A DNA stretch of 64,000 bases from Spirogloea muscicola (lineage: Eukaryota). Shown piece after piece: positions 50,638-63,429 of the stretch (position 1 is its first letter; the number at the start of each line of letters is the position of its first letter). A program made the position numbers and the translations under genes. The stretch lies in assembly GCA_009602725.1 (NCBI GenBank), contig WELB01000015.1, forward strand, positions 630,391 to 694,390, read 5' to 3'. The notes beneath the pieces were generated by a model. It was not told the DNA's origin. It worked only from the letters and a program-made list of their open reading frames with translations, and searched no databases.

Positions 50638-50940
50638 CCCACCTTTACTGCCTATCTCAACAGCCATCATCGTCCCACTGTCCTGCCCCCCATGTTTAAC
50701 AGCAAAAGAAAACAAGTTGGCATCATGCTGCGAGCTTTAAGTCACAGTTCTCTGCAGCAATAATAATTACAGACATGGCAAGCCATGCACTGGCAAGGCG
50801 TTATCTCAGCTTTCATTCTTTAAGGACTATTCGTAACTGACATGCACACTGCCAAGAGGCAGCGCCAGCTGCACAATGGTGGAGGGCCAGTATCTGCTGG
50901 CACAAGTGAGCGAAGGGGGGAAGAGGGTGGAGAAGAGAGA

Positions 50941-53062
50941 CTAAAGAGACACTGCGAGAACTGCTGCAACAAGGCCCAGCACAGCAACACCGCCAGCAGT
51001 GGCGGCACCATGGCGTGGGGGGGCGGTGCTCGGCGGGGGGGAGGAAGCTGGTGGGCTGCCGCTTGGCGGGCTGCTGCTCGGTGGGCTATCAGTGGAAGAT
51101 GGCGGTGGTGACGACGTCGTGGTGGGGGGTGGCGGCGAATAAGGGTAGATGCCTGGCGGCACTGGCGCATTCACCAACTTGGTCGGTAGCTTCCCCAGCG
51201 ACCCATTGATGACCACCTGCACGCAAGACAGAAGGAAAACGAAAGTGACCAAGGGGAAAAGCTTGACCTGTGCCATGGTCTTCACTTTACACTGTGGGTA
51301 TTGGCACCAGAAGTGATCTGACTGCTGCGAAATATACTGCGCGAAGGCTCGGAATGCTTGACTTGGAACAGACAGTGAGGAACGGTAATGGAGGGGGAGG
51401 AGCCGCAGATGTGAAGTGACTGATATCCAGTAAAATGGGGAGTGAGAATGGATGAGGAAGAGAGGAGGACTGGAAGCAGAGCATGGGGAGCTTCCATCAT
51501 TCTGTGGTTCTTCTCTGATGGCAGGAGGGTTTTCTGCACCTCCTCCATCAGAGGAGGATTCAAGACAACTTGCAGACAATGTGTGGACGGATATGTGGTA
51601 GCAATAAAGAGAACAGGGGCGGAAAGGACAGGCTCTTCAACTTCTTGTATTTTTAAGTTTTTGACACTGAGGGAAGAAGCGAGCAAAGGGGGGAAGGAGG
51701 GAGGTGGAAAGTGGGCAGGGGTTGTGTAGATAAGTCAGTGGGGGTAATTCAAAGTGACAGGAACGCTCATAATCAAGAGAGGAATCAAGAAAGGCAAACA
51801 GGGCAGGTGGGGAAGCGAGTAAACGAGGGAGTAGCACAGACAAAAGAGGATTGACAGTCATGAGACAGGGAAGGGCAGAGGTGAGTAGCTGATGACGACA
51901 GAGAAGCCCACAGCGCACTCTTTTATTGGCTGAATGAGGTTTTGTTTTTGTTGGGGGGGGGCGGATGGGTGGTAGGAGCTCAAGAAGTGCTGAGGCACTA
52001 TCCAACCGAAATAAAACCTAGCAGACATGGCAGCATGCGCAGATAGGTCCAAGGTTTGCGTCCGCTAGTGTCATAAAGAACAAGAGAATATACAAACTCT
52101 CTAAGCAAGCCCTCGATCCAAGGCTCAGTCTATCTGTAGTCCAGCACAAATTGCTGTGATCCGCGGCTGTGGACGGCATATCAAGGAGCCACCAGCTAAA
52201 ACGCCCAGTCGTTAAAAGACACGCTAGTTGGTAGGAACCATTGAAGCCTCACTGTCCACTCTCAGTCCATTCCTATGCTACCGATGATTAGTTAACGGAT
52301 TTCTCGTTGTTTTCCCGTTGTTTTCCTGTTTCCGGACAGAACGAGTTGCAGGGCTGGAGCAGGCGCACCTTCTGGCCGGCCTCGCAGTGGCCGTTGATGC
52401 CGCAGGCGATGTACTGCGGCGTGTCGGTGACGGTCAGCCAGAAGCCCTTGCCGACGCCGGCGGACGTGTTGCCGATGAACAGCGCGCGGTCGTAGACGCA
52501 GCCGTCGAAGTCCGACTTGTCCGGCAGCTGCCACACGACGTGCAGCTTCAGCCTGCACGCCGCAACCGCCGCCGCACACCGCCGCCGCCGCCACCGCCGC
52601 CGCCGCCGCGTCAGCCCAGCCAGCGCCATACCTGACCTATCACCAAATTGCGAGCTGCGGCGACGACGACGGCGGCGGGCGATCCAGAAGCTCCTTCTGG
52701 ATCGCCTGCTCGGCGAGGCGCCTCCGTCGTCACCTGTACTTGAAGACTGCACGCAGCCAAGCCACGAAAGCATGGCCCCATCAGCGGCCGGCCCTGGCGA
52801 AGCCCGGCTAGCAGCATCCATGGCGGCGCCGGCGCAGGAGCTCGCTGGCCAGCGCCGCGAGCTCACCGCAGATGTCGCCGGCGTAGAGCGGGTGCTTGAT
52901 CGCCCAGTCGGTGTAGTTCACGTCGAGCTGCGTCCACGGCTCGATGGGGTCCTGGTCGTTGCCCACGACGACGTAGCGCTGCGCGCTCGCGCTGCCGGCG
53001 GCCGCCACCAGGAGCAGCACCGCGAGCGCGGTCGCGGCGGCGCCGGCGACGGCGGTGGCCAT
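50941..53062 (-). CDS. GPI-anchored phytocyanin, stellacyanin-type (His, Cys, His, Gln ligands), with a Ser/Pro-rich linker
   Basis: Exons 53062-52867, 52746-52734, 52552-52369, 51216-50941. Signal peptide, W..NYTDWA..YAGDICVFKY..HVV..DFDGC..YIACGINGHCEAGQK, SPPP repeats, hydrophobic C-terminus. Confidence 0.9.
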
Positions 53063-53859
53063 GGCGGCGGCGGCGCTGCTTGCGGCGGCGGCGGGGAGGG
53101 GGGGAGCTCGGGGAGACGGGGGGAAACGAGACGGACTTTGACGGAGTAGTACCACTGGGCAGGTGGTCTTTTCTGGCGGGCTTTTCAGATGGGCGGGGGG
53201 CGGTGACGGAGCCCCCCACCGGCGGGGGGCCCTTTCTGACGTTGGCGGCCACGTTGGTGGCGGCGCACGCGGTGCAGGGCCCAGCGGGGCGGGGGCCGGG
53301 GCGCGGGGTGAGAGGGAGAGAGGCCCCGGGGGGGAGAGAAATAAACCTGGAGAGTGTTTTGGGGAGGTTGCTAGTCACTATGTATGCCGGATCTGGGGAG
53401 GGAGAAGAAGAGGGATAAATATTTTGGGGAAGAGGGAGGAGAGTCAAAAGGGAGGGAGGAATGGGGCCTGGCCGCGGCGGGAAGCTGCGCCCCCGGGGCA
53501 GGGCCGCCCCGCTACGCGACAAAGCGCTGACCAATGAGCGCGCCGGGAAGGGAATCTTTCCGCGCGCAGGCCGCGGGGAGGGGAATCTTCCAGCACCTGC
53601 CTCCGTGGGGCCTCCCGCCACGACCGCACGATGACCGTCATCGGACCGTCTCAAAGCCCCCGCCGCCTCCTGCCGTCGATTCAGCCACTCCGCCTCGCGC
53701 AGGCCGTGGATTCTGGGCTGGTTGGGAGGGCTGCAATAGAAGGTGCGCTCGCTCTTTCCCGCAATGCCAGCGCGCTTCTAGAACCGGAGGTTCCACCGCC
53801 GCTAGCAGACCGTTTCCCGACCGTCTGATTGTTCGGGAATCGCACCTAGCTGACGAGAA

Positions 53860-55360
53860 GGTCATTGAGGTCGAGGTTACTGAGCATCCATCTGCATCAC
53901 CTCGTGCCTTGGTGTGTGGTTTTGTCTTTCCGGGCACTGTTTTGTGGCCTTTGAGGCCTGCGGACACTGTCCATTCTTTTATGGGCTGGCTTTGCTAGCC
54001 CCTCTTTTTCTATGGGCGAGCCGTCCTTCATTGAGCGCCCACTTGCTGACGTCTTGGACAATAGCTTCCTGCATCTGCGCCTTCCGGCCCCGTTAGAGCT
54101 TGTACAGTCCTTTGGGCTGGCCTCTCACAGCCACTGCCTTATGTTGGAAGAGCTATTTCTTCCGGCCTAGTTCGAGACGCCGACCTGCAGTTGTTGACTG
54201 GAAGGTCCTAAAGGGGGACCTACTTCCAGGACCCTAGCCTCTCTGATTTGCGGCTGCTTAGCAGGGGTTACTGAGTAATTTGTAGCTGCTTTCTTTCTTT
54301 GTGTGCTTTGGTTTCTTAGCGCTTCCTCTGGCTTCCTCTGGCCCCCTTCTCGTTCTTTGTTCATTCTTTTTTGGGCTGGCTTGTCCAGCCCCTATCCTCA
54401 ATGGGCGAGCCCTTTCTTCCTAAAGAGAGGTGTGGTTATTGAGCGGGTCAATCTGCTGTAGGTTATGTAGATTTTTAGATGTGCTTGCCTTTGTACCTGG
54501 CCATTTGGCCTACATTTCTTTCTAATACACGATCTTTTTTAAAGAGAGAGAAGGCGCGCGGGGCGCATGAATTGAAAGGGAGGCCTAAAGCGTCCGTCCG
54601 CAGAAGTCATGACGAGTAGTTTCGTGGTCTGCGCCTCCCGGCCCTTTCCGGACCTTGTCCAGAATTCGAGCTGGCCTCTTCACGTTGCACCCTTTTGGAC
54701 TGTGCTGACCCGTGGTTACTGAGCGGGTCAGCTTAGCAGCAGGTGACGTGCGTTTGTCACGTGCTTGCCTTTGTACTTGGCCACACAGGCCCTCCATCTC
54801 TCAATACACACTCATTCCATTCTTTGAAATAGCCACTTTCTCCAGCCCTCGCCCTGTTTGGAAGAGCCATTCTCTCACAGCCATCGCCTCAGGTTGACTG
54901 AGCTGTTTTGAAGGACTCTTCGAGTAGAGGGCTATGGCTGGGCTTGGCCTGCCCAGACGAATGAATTAACAAAGTTCGAAGGAGCCAGAGAAGCGCTGAA
55001 GCACTCGGCGACGCAAGTGGCCACTAGGCACTCAATATCCCCTGTTGAGCAGCCGCAGGTCAGAGATACTAGTCTCTGGGTAGCGGGCTGGCGACTCTTC
55101 TCCACCTTCTCGAGACTCCGACCTGCATTTGTTGACAGAGTATACTGAGTGTCCATCCGGATGAGTCATGGGAGAAGTGTCGTGGTCTGCACCTTTCGGC
55201 CCTTTCGGACCTTGTCCAACTTTGGCCATCGCCTTACTTCGAGTGAGCTGTTGCCTTGCGGGACGAAGTCATTCTCAGATGGGAGCTTAGAAATCCCTGG
55301 TCAGCAATTTGGACCTGGTACATGTATTTTCGGGGCTGGCCACTCACAGCCATCATAGTT
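53860..55360. mobile_element. Dense nested cluster of CRE-like 3' ends from several subfamilies
   Basis: SDLRLLSRGY* at 54243-54272, VLTRGY* at 54702-54722, SDLRLLNRGY* on - at 55032-55064, and a subfamily C terminus at 54541-54585. Confidence 0.75.
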
Positions 55361-55965
55361 GATCGCAAGGTGATCCCATGGTCAGGTTCCTTCATATTCC
55401 TCCTCGGATCATGAATACTGAATCATCCTTTACTCATGCACGGTAGGTATCGTGAGGAGCGCGCTGAGGAAGCTGCGGCTATACCACCCAGCTAAGGTTA
55501 TGGTCATGGACCTGAGGGCCTCTGCCCATGCCAACCACCCGCACGCCCCAAGTGCCATTGAGATGGTCCACAGTGACACCGCGCAGCGTGCGGGGACAAG
55601 TACAAGGCAAGCTGTGTGCGTCATGGAGGAGCAGGCTGAGTGCTTGATTGAGCAGGCACCAGAAGCCAATCTCCTGGGGCGATTTTGGAAGAGGTGGACC
55701 CCATGGGTGTAGACAGAATGTGTGACGTAGCAGCTATATTGGCCATGGTACAGGGGTGTTTCCTTTGGAAGCTTTACTGTGTCGCTAGTTGCTGGAATTT
55801 GAGTCTTTATTTGTATGAGAAAGTAAAGGTCAGGCTGAGAAAAGTCCACCAAGTTGTGACTTCCAGTTGACCAGTGAATTTACAAAGCTGAGTGCTTAGA
55901 CATTCCAAGGTCATGGTCGGTTGCTAACATAAGTAAATGCACAATTTGTGCGGATTTCTTGAGTG

Positions 55966-58431
55966 CTACTCAGTTGTCAACCCACAGCATGCTAGCGCCA
56001 ATTGAATATCTCTGGGAATACTTAACCTGAACGTGATCCTGGCATCCGAAGATGGGTGCTTAAGTGTCAGCTCCGCTGCATGCAGCGCTTGTCTCTGCAG
56101 AGGGCCCTTGCCGTCTCCACACCTCCTGATCTCCAACTCACTTGCCTCCAAGGAGAGGTACCGGATCCTAGTAGTACTTCCAACTGTGGTATGTGGTCTA
56201 CAATTTGATGACAAGTTTGGATGTAGAGGAGGCTCAGAGGACGTTGGCAGGACATTGATCAAGGATGACTGCTATCTTTCCTCCGTCATGTCGTTGGGTA
56301 TGTCCCCAGAAGTTGTAGTCTCCAAGTCAGGCCTCATCGAGGACGCAGTAGCAGGATCCCCTAGCAAGGGTCCATAGGTGCCGTCCCAGAAGAGAGGGCA
56401 GACGCCGTAGATCTCGTCGCACACAATGGGCAGGCCGACGTGCTGCAGATGCACCCGGATCTGATGGGTTCTTCCAGTGAGTAACTGAGCCTCAAGGAGG
56501 GACGTGCTGCAGGCACAACAACCCAGGAGGATGATAAGGGGACCATCACTATCTGCATAGGGCCCAATTGTGCAGACCATAAGTACTTGCAAGGGCTAGT
56601 AAGAGTATGTCAGAAGCTGCTTGCGGCAGCATGAAAGGCTTAGGTCCATGTGATGCCTTCGGTCATGCAGGGCAAATACCGCAAGAGGTATCTTAGCATA
56701 TGTGAACATCCAACACAAGTACTCAGCTGGCAGACAACAACTTGAATCATCAATGATTGCTTCTCCAGCTAGCTCAAACAATTGCGCAGGCCATATCAGT
56801 AGCGCACTCACTTGGTGCTTTGATTTGAGGAAAGCGTCCGGAAGCTTGTGATGGCTTTTTGACCAGTCGGCGAGACCTTTCGAGCAAATCGATGCTCCAT
56901 GTCTCGGCTTATTGGCGCCTCAACTTCGAAGTGAGGTCTTTCAGGTACTCCAACAACCACGACAAGGTATCGTTTATTAACCTGCAGTAACTCCCGGCAG
57001 TAACATTAAGTATTGCGCATGAAGTCAGAAATATAAGTGCAACCGGTCCACTTCACGACTTTCAGACCCCACATCAAATACATGTTGTCTACAACCTTGA
57101 TGAGTTCTATTAAACAGGAACATGTAGCTGAGCCATACTCTTTGCATGCTCGATCGCTCGACGAAAGCAGTGTGCTGACTCGTCGCATGACGTGGGGCAT
57201 ACTTGACCATCTTGGAGCTGTTGCGCAAGCGCTCTAGCCGCCATGATTGTTTTTGCAAAGCACAGAACTCCGCTTGTGTACATGTCAAGCCTATGGAGCG
57301 TGTATGGTTCCTTGCCCAGGTACCCCAGCTGCAAGTCATGCTGGCACTTAAATGAATTGACTAGTTGTGTAAGTACAAATATCCAGCCAACAACTTCGTT
57401 GCTCGTCCTGGTAGCCCACAATGCATCAATCTCACACACTCACATTGCATACATCACAACTTTCTACGCCTTTGTGATGCAGAGGACGACAAGGTGTCAT
57501 GGCAGCACACCACACGGTTTACTAGCGAGCCGCCGACAAAGCGATGGAGCGGCTCGTGCTTGATGCCCGCGGGTTTGTCCACCACCTGCCATCCTGATGA
57601 GATTTTGGAGCTGATGAGAGAAAGTTCGACTAGGAACGGGGTGAAGCCCGTTTTGCCTGGTCGTAGCACGAAGATCAGATTATTGTCAGCTAGTCGGAGC
57701 TCTGACAAGCTATCTGGGTAGCTAACCACAAACAATAAGGGTAAAAGGTCTTGGACATTGGGACTGCGACAGACATGGTGTGTTCAGCGTAAATTGCAGA
57801 CCTGCCAAAGTTCATCTGCAGATGACATTCTACCAAGCACATTGCTCCAGTCTCGCTTACTCCAAAAGAGGCCGGAGGCATTAATCTGATGGCGACTCAC
57901 GAGTACACAAGGCAGGCACGAGTGCTAATTGTCTGCTCTCACCCCTTCCTTACCTGCTCAGCTACAAGACTACTATGACCTTTGAAAATCATTAACCCTA
58001 AACACCTAACCCTTAACCTAACCCTAAGCCCTTAACCCCCCTTGACACCCTCCACCTAAAAGCTGAAATCCAGCTGCTCTCTACTCTCCAATCTTGAAGC
58101 TTTGACGATGACTCCTCTGCACCTCATTTTCTGCTGGTAATGAAGCTTCTTGCTGTGGGTCATGGGGGCTCACGAGGAGGTCATCGTCCTCGAAGATGAT
58201 GGCAAGGGGGCCACGGTCCACCACTAGCGCCGGCTTCTCCACCTTCGCTTGCAAGGAGCGCGAGCTCCTGCAAGGAGCGCCGGCGCTGCTGGGCGCCGCA
58301 GTCGTTGGGACCGCTCGGTCGGCCTCCATTGAGAGCTTCCTTTGAGACGAGAGCTGGAAAGCTAAACCCACTGCACCGCCGTGGCTGCGCAGCAGCCGCG
58401 CCACCTCCATTGGTGATGACTGCGGCAACAT
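55966..58431 (-). CDS. RluA/RluD-family pseudouridine synthase, with an in-frame TAG at 56272-56274
   Basis: Exons 58431-58174 (start uncertain), 57585-57511, 57328-57203, 56981-56812, 56506-55966. Motifs: [16 protein letters not shown], catalytic [36 protein letters not shown]. Confidence 0.9.
57991..58040. repeat. Telomere-like tract in the first intron of the pseudouridine synthase; another lies upstream at 58505-58546
   Basis: taaccctaaacacctaacccttaacctaaccctaagccct. Confidence 0.7.
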
Positions 58432-60588
58432 TTCATGGGCGAGACGTTCCCGCGAGTGGCCCACGCCAAGCCTTACAGTCTGGTGAACGTCTGTGGCGAT
58501 AGGTCCAGGGTTTGGGGTTTTGGGAGAGGGTGTGGAGGGTTCAGGGTGCTGGCTCGCTCAGGTCCTTGAGTGAAATCAGAAATGTTCACGTTGCTAAATG
58601 ATGTTTCAAATTCTCTCACCGTCCATCTGCCAGAGGAACACTTAGCTTATGAGCCACTTGTACTTGTCGGACTAAGCACTCGTAAGGCGCAGCGGAAGTG
58701 ACCAACTAAAATGTCCCTTGCCACAGAAGCATGCCGCTAAATGCACAATCTCCGGACCATGAGGTCCAAGCCAGATCAAAGGCAAGCATTAACAGTACTT
58801 GAGTGCAACCCTTGAGAGGCAAAATAGCGGTGCGTGTGGAAGGGATAACGTTGTGGCAATCTGACAAACGCTAGTCCGAGGATGTATGCATGAACAACTT
58901 GCCAATGCTGGCTTCTCATTCTTGTATTTCAACTGCAGGCTTTTCAGCCATGCAGTTTGAGTGCCTTCTGAGCACCTGGCACGAAAGGCCTTACTTGTTG
59001 GCTAGCAGAAGCACCAGAGCAAGCGGCTAACTTTCACTACCCCACCTCCCTACCGTTGCCTATCCCCATGTATAGTCAGCTTATAGTTACGCTCCATGCA
59101 TGATGCTTGACTGACTCGCATATCATACCCCACTCATTGGCAGCAATTATTCTGTAATTTGGAGTCTTTTAAGGCTAAGCCATCAGAAAGCTGAAATACG
59201 AAACATTCTGATTCTATCTGAATATGTGCTTCTTAGCCGACTTCGTTGATGTCCGTGCTGCTATTGCTTTTCTGCTACTAACTATCAGGGTGACCTATTA
59301 CAAACTGCATCTATGAAAATGAGCTGCTGAATTATGCGTTGGATTCCTGCAGCCACTTTGAACCATGCCACTATCCCTTTTACTTTGACGGACTTTTGAC
59401 TTTGCACTGTGGCATTATCCTTGTAACTTTGTCATTGAATGCAACCCTTGACTTGCGTGCAAGAGCAAAGCTTCCTCTGACGAGCTCATGGTTCTGTAGG
59501 GTGCCTTCAAGCTAAGATGTGGAAAGCTATGGCAGTCAAGCGAGCAAGCAACCACTGAAGGATAACCGCCCCTAACCCCTAGACAACAGCCGCCTCTTGT
59601 CAGAGAGAGCCTCTTCCAGTAGAGGGCGACAGCTGTGATTGGCCAGCCCTCCCTGTCAGATGGCGTCAAGTGGGCTACCTTTTTCGGCCCGCTGGGGAAA
59701 GCCGTCCTATCCGTGCAGATAGGCAGTCTGACTTATCCGGAGCACCCCCCCGAGCAAATCCCCCCCCCACCAACCCCACCCACCCCCGGGGGGGAAAGTG
59801 CACATGTCGGCTTATTTTAAGCAACCGACCTCCGCAAGCTGACCGGCCGGCTGCGCAAGCTGCCCCGCCGCGGGACGCGTCAGCCGTCAGCCGTCAGCCG
59901 TCGGTCGTCAGCCGTCAGGGCCCCGCCGCCGGGTCTCGTGCCCACGTGGCGCCGCTGGCCGCCTCAGGGCCCCGGGCGTCAGCGCTGACTCTGCGCTGGA
60001 ACACAAGGCGGGCCGGCCGGTCGGCACATTCAAAAATCGCGCGGCAGCCCGGGGGCACGTGCGGGGCGCGTGGCCGTACGGCGGCCGGCTATTACGGGGT
60101 AGACGACAGGCTGGGCCCCACGCGGGCCCCGCACGCGCGCCACGCGTCGCGCGCGCCGCGCCCCGCCGACCCCCCGNNNNNNNNNNNNNNNNNNNNNNNN
60201 NNNNNNNNNNNNNNNNNNNNNNNNNNNNNNNNNNNNNNNNNNNNNNNNNNNNNNNNNNNNNNNNNNNNNNNNNNNNNNNNNNNNNNNNNNNNNNNNNNNN
60301 NNNNNNNNNNNNNNNNNNNNNNNNNNNNNNNNNNNNNNNNNNNNNNNNNNNNNNNNNNNNNNNNNNNNNNNNNNNNNNNNNNNNNNNNNNNNNNNNNNNN
60401 NNNNNNNNNNNNNNNNNNNNNNNNNNNNNNNNNNNNNNNNNNNNNNNNNNNNNNNNNNNNNNNNNNNNNNNNNNNNNNNNNNNNNNNNNNNNNNNNNNNN
60501 NNNNNNNNNNNNNNNNNNNNNNNNNNNNNNNNNNNNNNNNNNNNNNNNNNNNNNNNNNNNNNNNNNNNNNNNNNNNNNNNNNNNNNNN

Positions 60589-61859
60589 GCGCCGCGGCGC
60601 CGCCGCCGCCGCCAAGCCTGGCGCTGCTGCCAAGGCCGCCGCCGCTGCCGCCGCCGCCGCCGGGAAGCGCCAGACGACCGCCGCCCCCAAGGGCTCTGCG
60701 GCCATGAAGGGCCTCAAGGTGCGGAAGCCGCCTCCGCGTCCCGCCGCCGCTGCCGCCCTGGAGGCTGCTCTGCCGCGTTCGTGGCGCAGCGGGCCCAAGG
60801 CGAGGGCCCGCTGCGCTTTTCTTGATTGAAGGTCACAGGTTCGAATCCTGTAGAGTGCGGGACTGCAGAGGGACAGCAATCGTCAGCTCCACTCGAGCTC
60901 GGCGGCCCCTAGACGGACGACGAGAATGGCTACTGCCAGGGCCCTCCGCACCACTGGCTGCTGGCGCTATCCCTGCCGCTATCACTGCCTTTTCTTTCTC
61001 TTTGACAGACACAGGCTTAGAGCCATTCGATGAGTCTGGCAAATCAAAGGAGACGGATATAAGACTGCTGCTGTCGCTTTGGTCCTGGCTCTGGCGCTGG
61101 AGCTGGCGCCAGCCCGGGCGCTGAGCTGACGCTGACGCTGACGCTGACTTTGCAAGCTCTGCCAGGGCTCGTCACCGGCAGGCGGCCTTGTGGGCACCCC
61201 GGGCGGTGGCCTCCAGGATGGGTGGGGGCGGGCATTCCTAGATGTCCTGCCGGCGTCAAGCTCGACGCCCGAGGCACGGCGGGCTGCGGCGGCGCAGTCG
61301 GACTCGGATTCGGCCAGCAATGAGCGTCGGGGCGGCCGGCGCAAGGTGCGGTACGACGAGGAGCGCGTGCACCTCAAGCTCGCCGAGATCGAGCAGAAGC
61401 TCGAGCAGGTCTGCCCGCTGTCTTTGCCGCGGCTGTCAAATGCTGCAAGATGTTGAGGGTCGTGTTGAGTTTGCTGAAGACATCTTCACGGAAAATTAAC
61501 ATCACCGCGACCCCTCCATTACTCGCAACATGCTCTTGACAGGGTGGTGTTGATGTCTTTCATCTAAATATTCATATCTGATATGTAATGCTGTGGCTGA
61601 AAGTACAGCGCAAAAGAGTGACTTAGATGCATTGCCAGGAGGGTGCCGGTTGCTCCAACATTGGGGGCGCATTGCCAGCTCTGACGCTCTGCAGTCCCGC
61701 CACGGTCTGCAGCTGCGGCGGAAGAAGGAGAAGTACAAGCGGCGGCTGGACGAGATCCAGGCGCGCAAGGAGCAAGTTGCTGGGCCCATCAAGTGGGAGA
61801 GTCCTGGGTCAGTCTCGGCCGTTGCCTCGGCCGCAGCGACCGCCAGCCCGCATGCGTGA
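60589..61859 (+). CDS. Unknown protein with a C-terminal coiled coil; 5' end in the N gap 60177-60588
   Basis: In-phase exons <60589-60718, 61166-61408, 61713-61859. KVRYDEERVHLKLAEIEQKLEQ|LRRKKEKYKRRLDEIQARKEQ. The middle exon boundary is uncertain. Confidence 0.55.
60775..60859 (+). other. tRNA-like element (tRNA pseudogene or SINE head) in an intron
   Basis: A box TGGCGCAGCGG at 60782-60792 and B box GGTTCGAATCC at 60838-60848 within a perfect T arm (ACAGG/CCTGT). Acceptor stem pairs 6 of 7 (GCGTTCG/AGAGTGC). No anticodon arm. Confidence 0.5.
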
Positions 61860-63429
61860 GCTACTGCCGCCACGGCCTCCGACGCAGTCGCAAATTCGAG
61901 TTCGCCGCCAGGCCGGATCCACCGTGCAGCATGCCTTGCGGCATCGCTGTTTCCTGCGGAACAACTGGGCGCTACCCGGCCAACGAGAGTCCCACAACAT
62001 GGCGGGGAGCGTCTGCAGCAGTCCTTTCTGCATACCATCGTGGATCTTCGACTTTTGCCGCAGTAGATACCAGGTGCTTGCCTGCATGAGCGCACTGCCC
62101 CAGCCTCCGCCGCTGCCCCTCAGGCGGTGGGCAGTGCGTCCATCCAGCCTCGCGCCTCCTATCTGCCTGCTGAGCAATTGCCGGGAAAACCTCGCTCTCC
62201 CCCCCCCCTTTCACAGATCCTCTTTCCCCTCCTCATTCAGCTTCTCGCATTGCTGCTCTAGGTAGTCATGATGATTCGGGTCACAATGCCTTCGTCCAAG
62301 ACCACTGTAACTGCCTAGGCTGTGAGCGACCTGATGCAATGGACAACCGAGGATGCGTGATGCCGTAGCCATGTTTGAGTTGCATTGTATTTTGGTATCA
62401 CCTGCTTATTCTGATGTCAAGAGTGCTTCAAAAGCCATCAATGTGCTCGAGTTGGGCTCATCTGCGCAACTACTCTGACATCAGCCGGTTTTTCTGGGGC
62501 GGGAAAAGAAGCCAACCCTTTCTTTGGCGCAGTAACATGATGGATGCTCAGCCACAAACCGTTTGTCTCATCGTGCGACTCCCTATTGCACAGCAAGACG
62601 CTTGTGCATGCCTTAGTGGTTTCTTGTACTACAAAAGAGCATAAAATCTTGAGCTTGTCTTCAAGCGCTCCTTGAGGTTTGTGCTTGTTTCGTTGATATC
62701 ATGTGATATTTTCCCGTGATAGTTTTCCAATATTTAAGCCAGTGTAGTCTGCTTTGCTGCATATACAGGCCACATTGTTGCAAGCTTCCTTCTCAAATAT
62801 CACAGCTGCCCACCTATTATGAACTTGCGCGGGGTTGGCCCTTTGCACGTCCTTCTACTGTGTGGCCTGCTTGTCCTCACAACTACAAATCTGAGATACA
62901 GCCAGAGGTACTTTGCAACCTCTGTGTCCACTTCCATAGGACATTTTCACAAGCGCCTGAGCTGAGTCGCACTAATGGAAGCATGCAAGACAGCACAGTT
63001 AGAGAGAGTGAGATGCCCAAGCCAATCTTCAAGGGGCTTGCGCGTGGGAATTGTTCGGCTGGATGTGGGAGGCCTAGTGATGAGAGATGCTCTTTCAGGG
63101 GAGAGAAGGCAACGGCTGCGCAATGCCAGCCCTTTGACGATGGACAAGAGAAAGAGGCGTGATTCATGAGGCAAAAGTGAGGCCACAAGCCGAGCCAATA
63201 CTTCAAGCAAAAGGTGGAAGATTAAGTGGAAGAAACCAAGAATGGCATCATACAAAGCGAAAGCCTTAAAGTAAAAAGCAGGGCAAGACTAGATAGGGCT
63301 CGTGTACCAACCGACGAATGAGCAGAAGCTCTTCCAAAGGGTGCGACAATTGTGAAAAGCCTACAAAGAAGTCGAAAGTAGAAAACGAAGGAAATGAAGC
63401 GAGTGACCGCTGCGCTGCGGTGGGCGCTA

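Noticed and set aside
55966..56506. TAG reassigned to a sense codon genome-wide
   Set aside because: UXS, NCA1, the LRR gene, the phytocyanin and the pseudouridine synthase all end at TAG at the expected positions.
60832..60940. Extra exon with an in-frame TAG in the unknown gene
   Set aside because: A direct phase-0 join 60718 to 61166 explains the frame without it, and it has no canonical donor.
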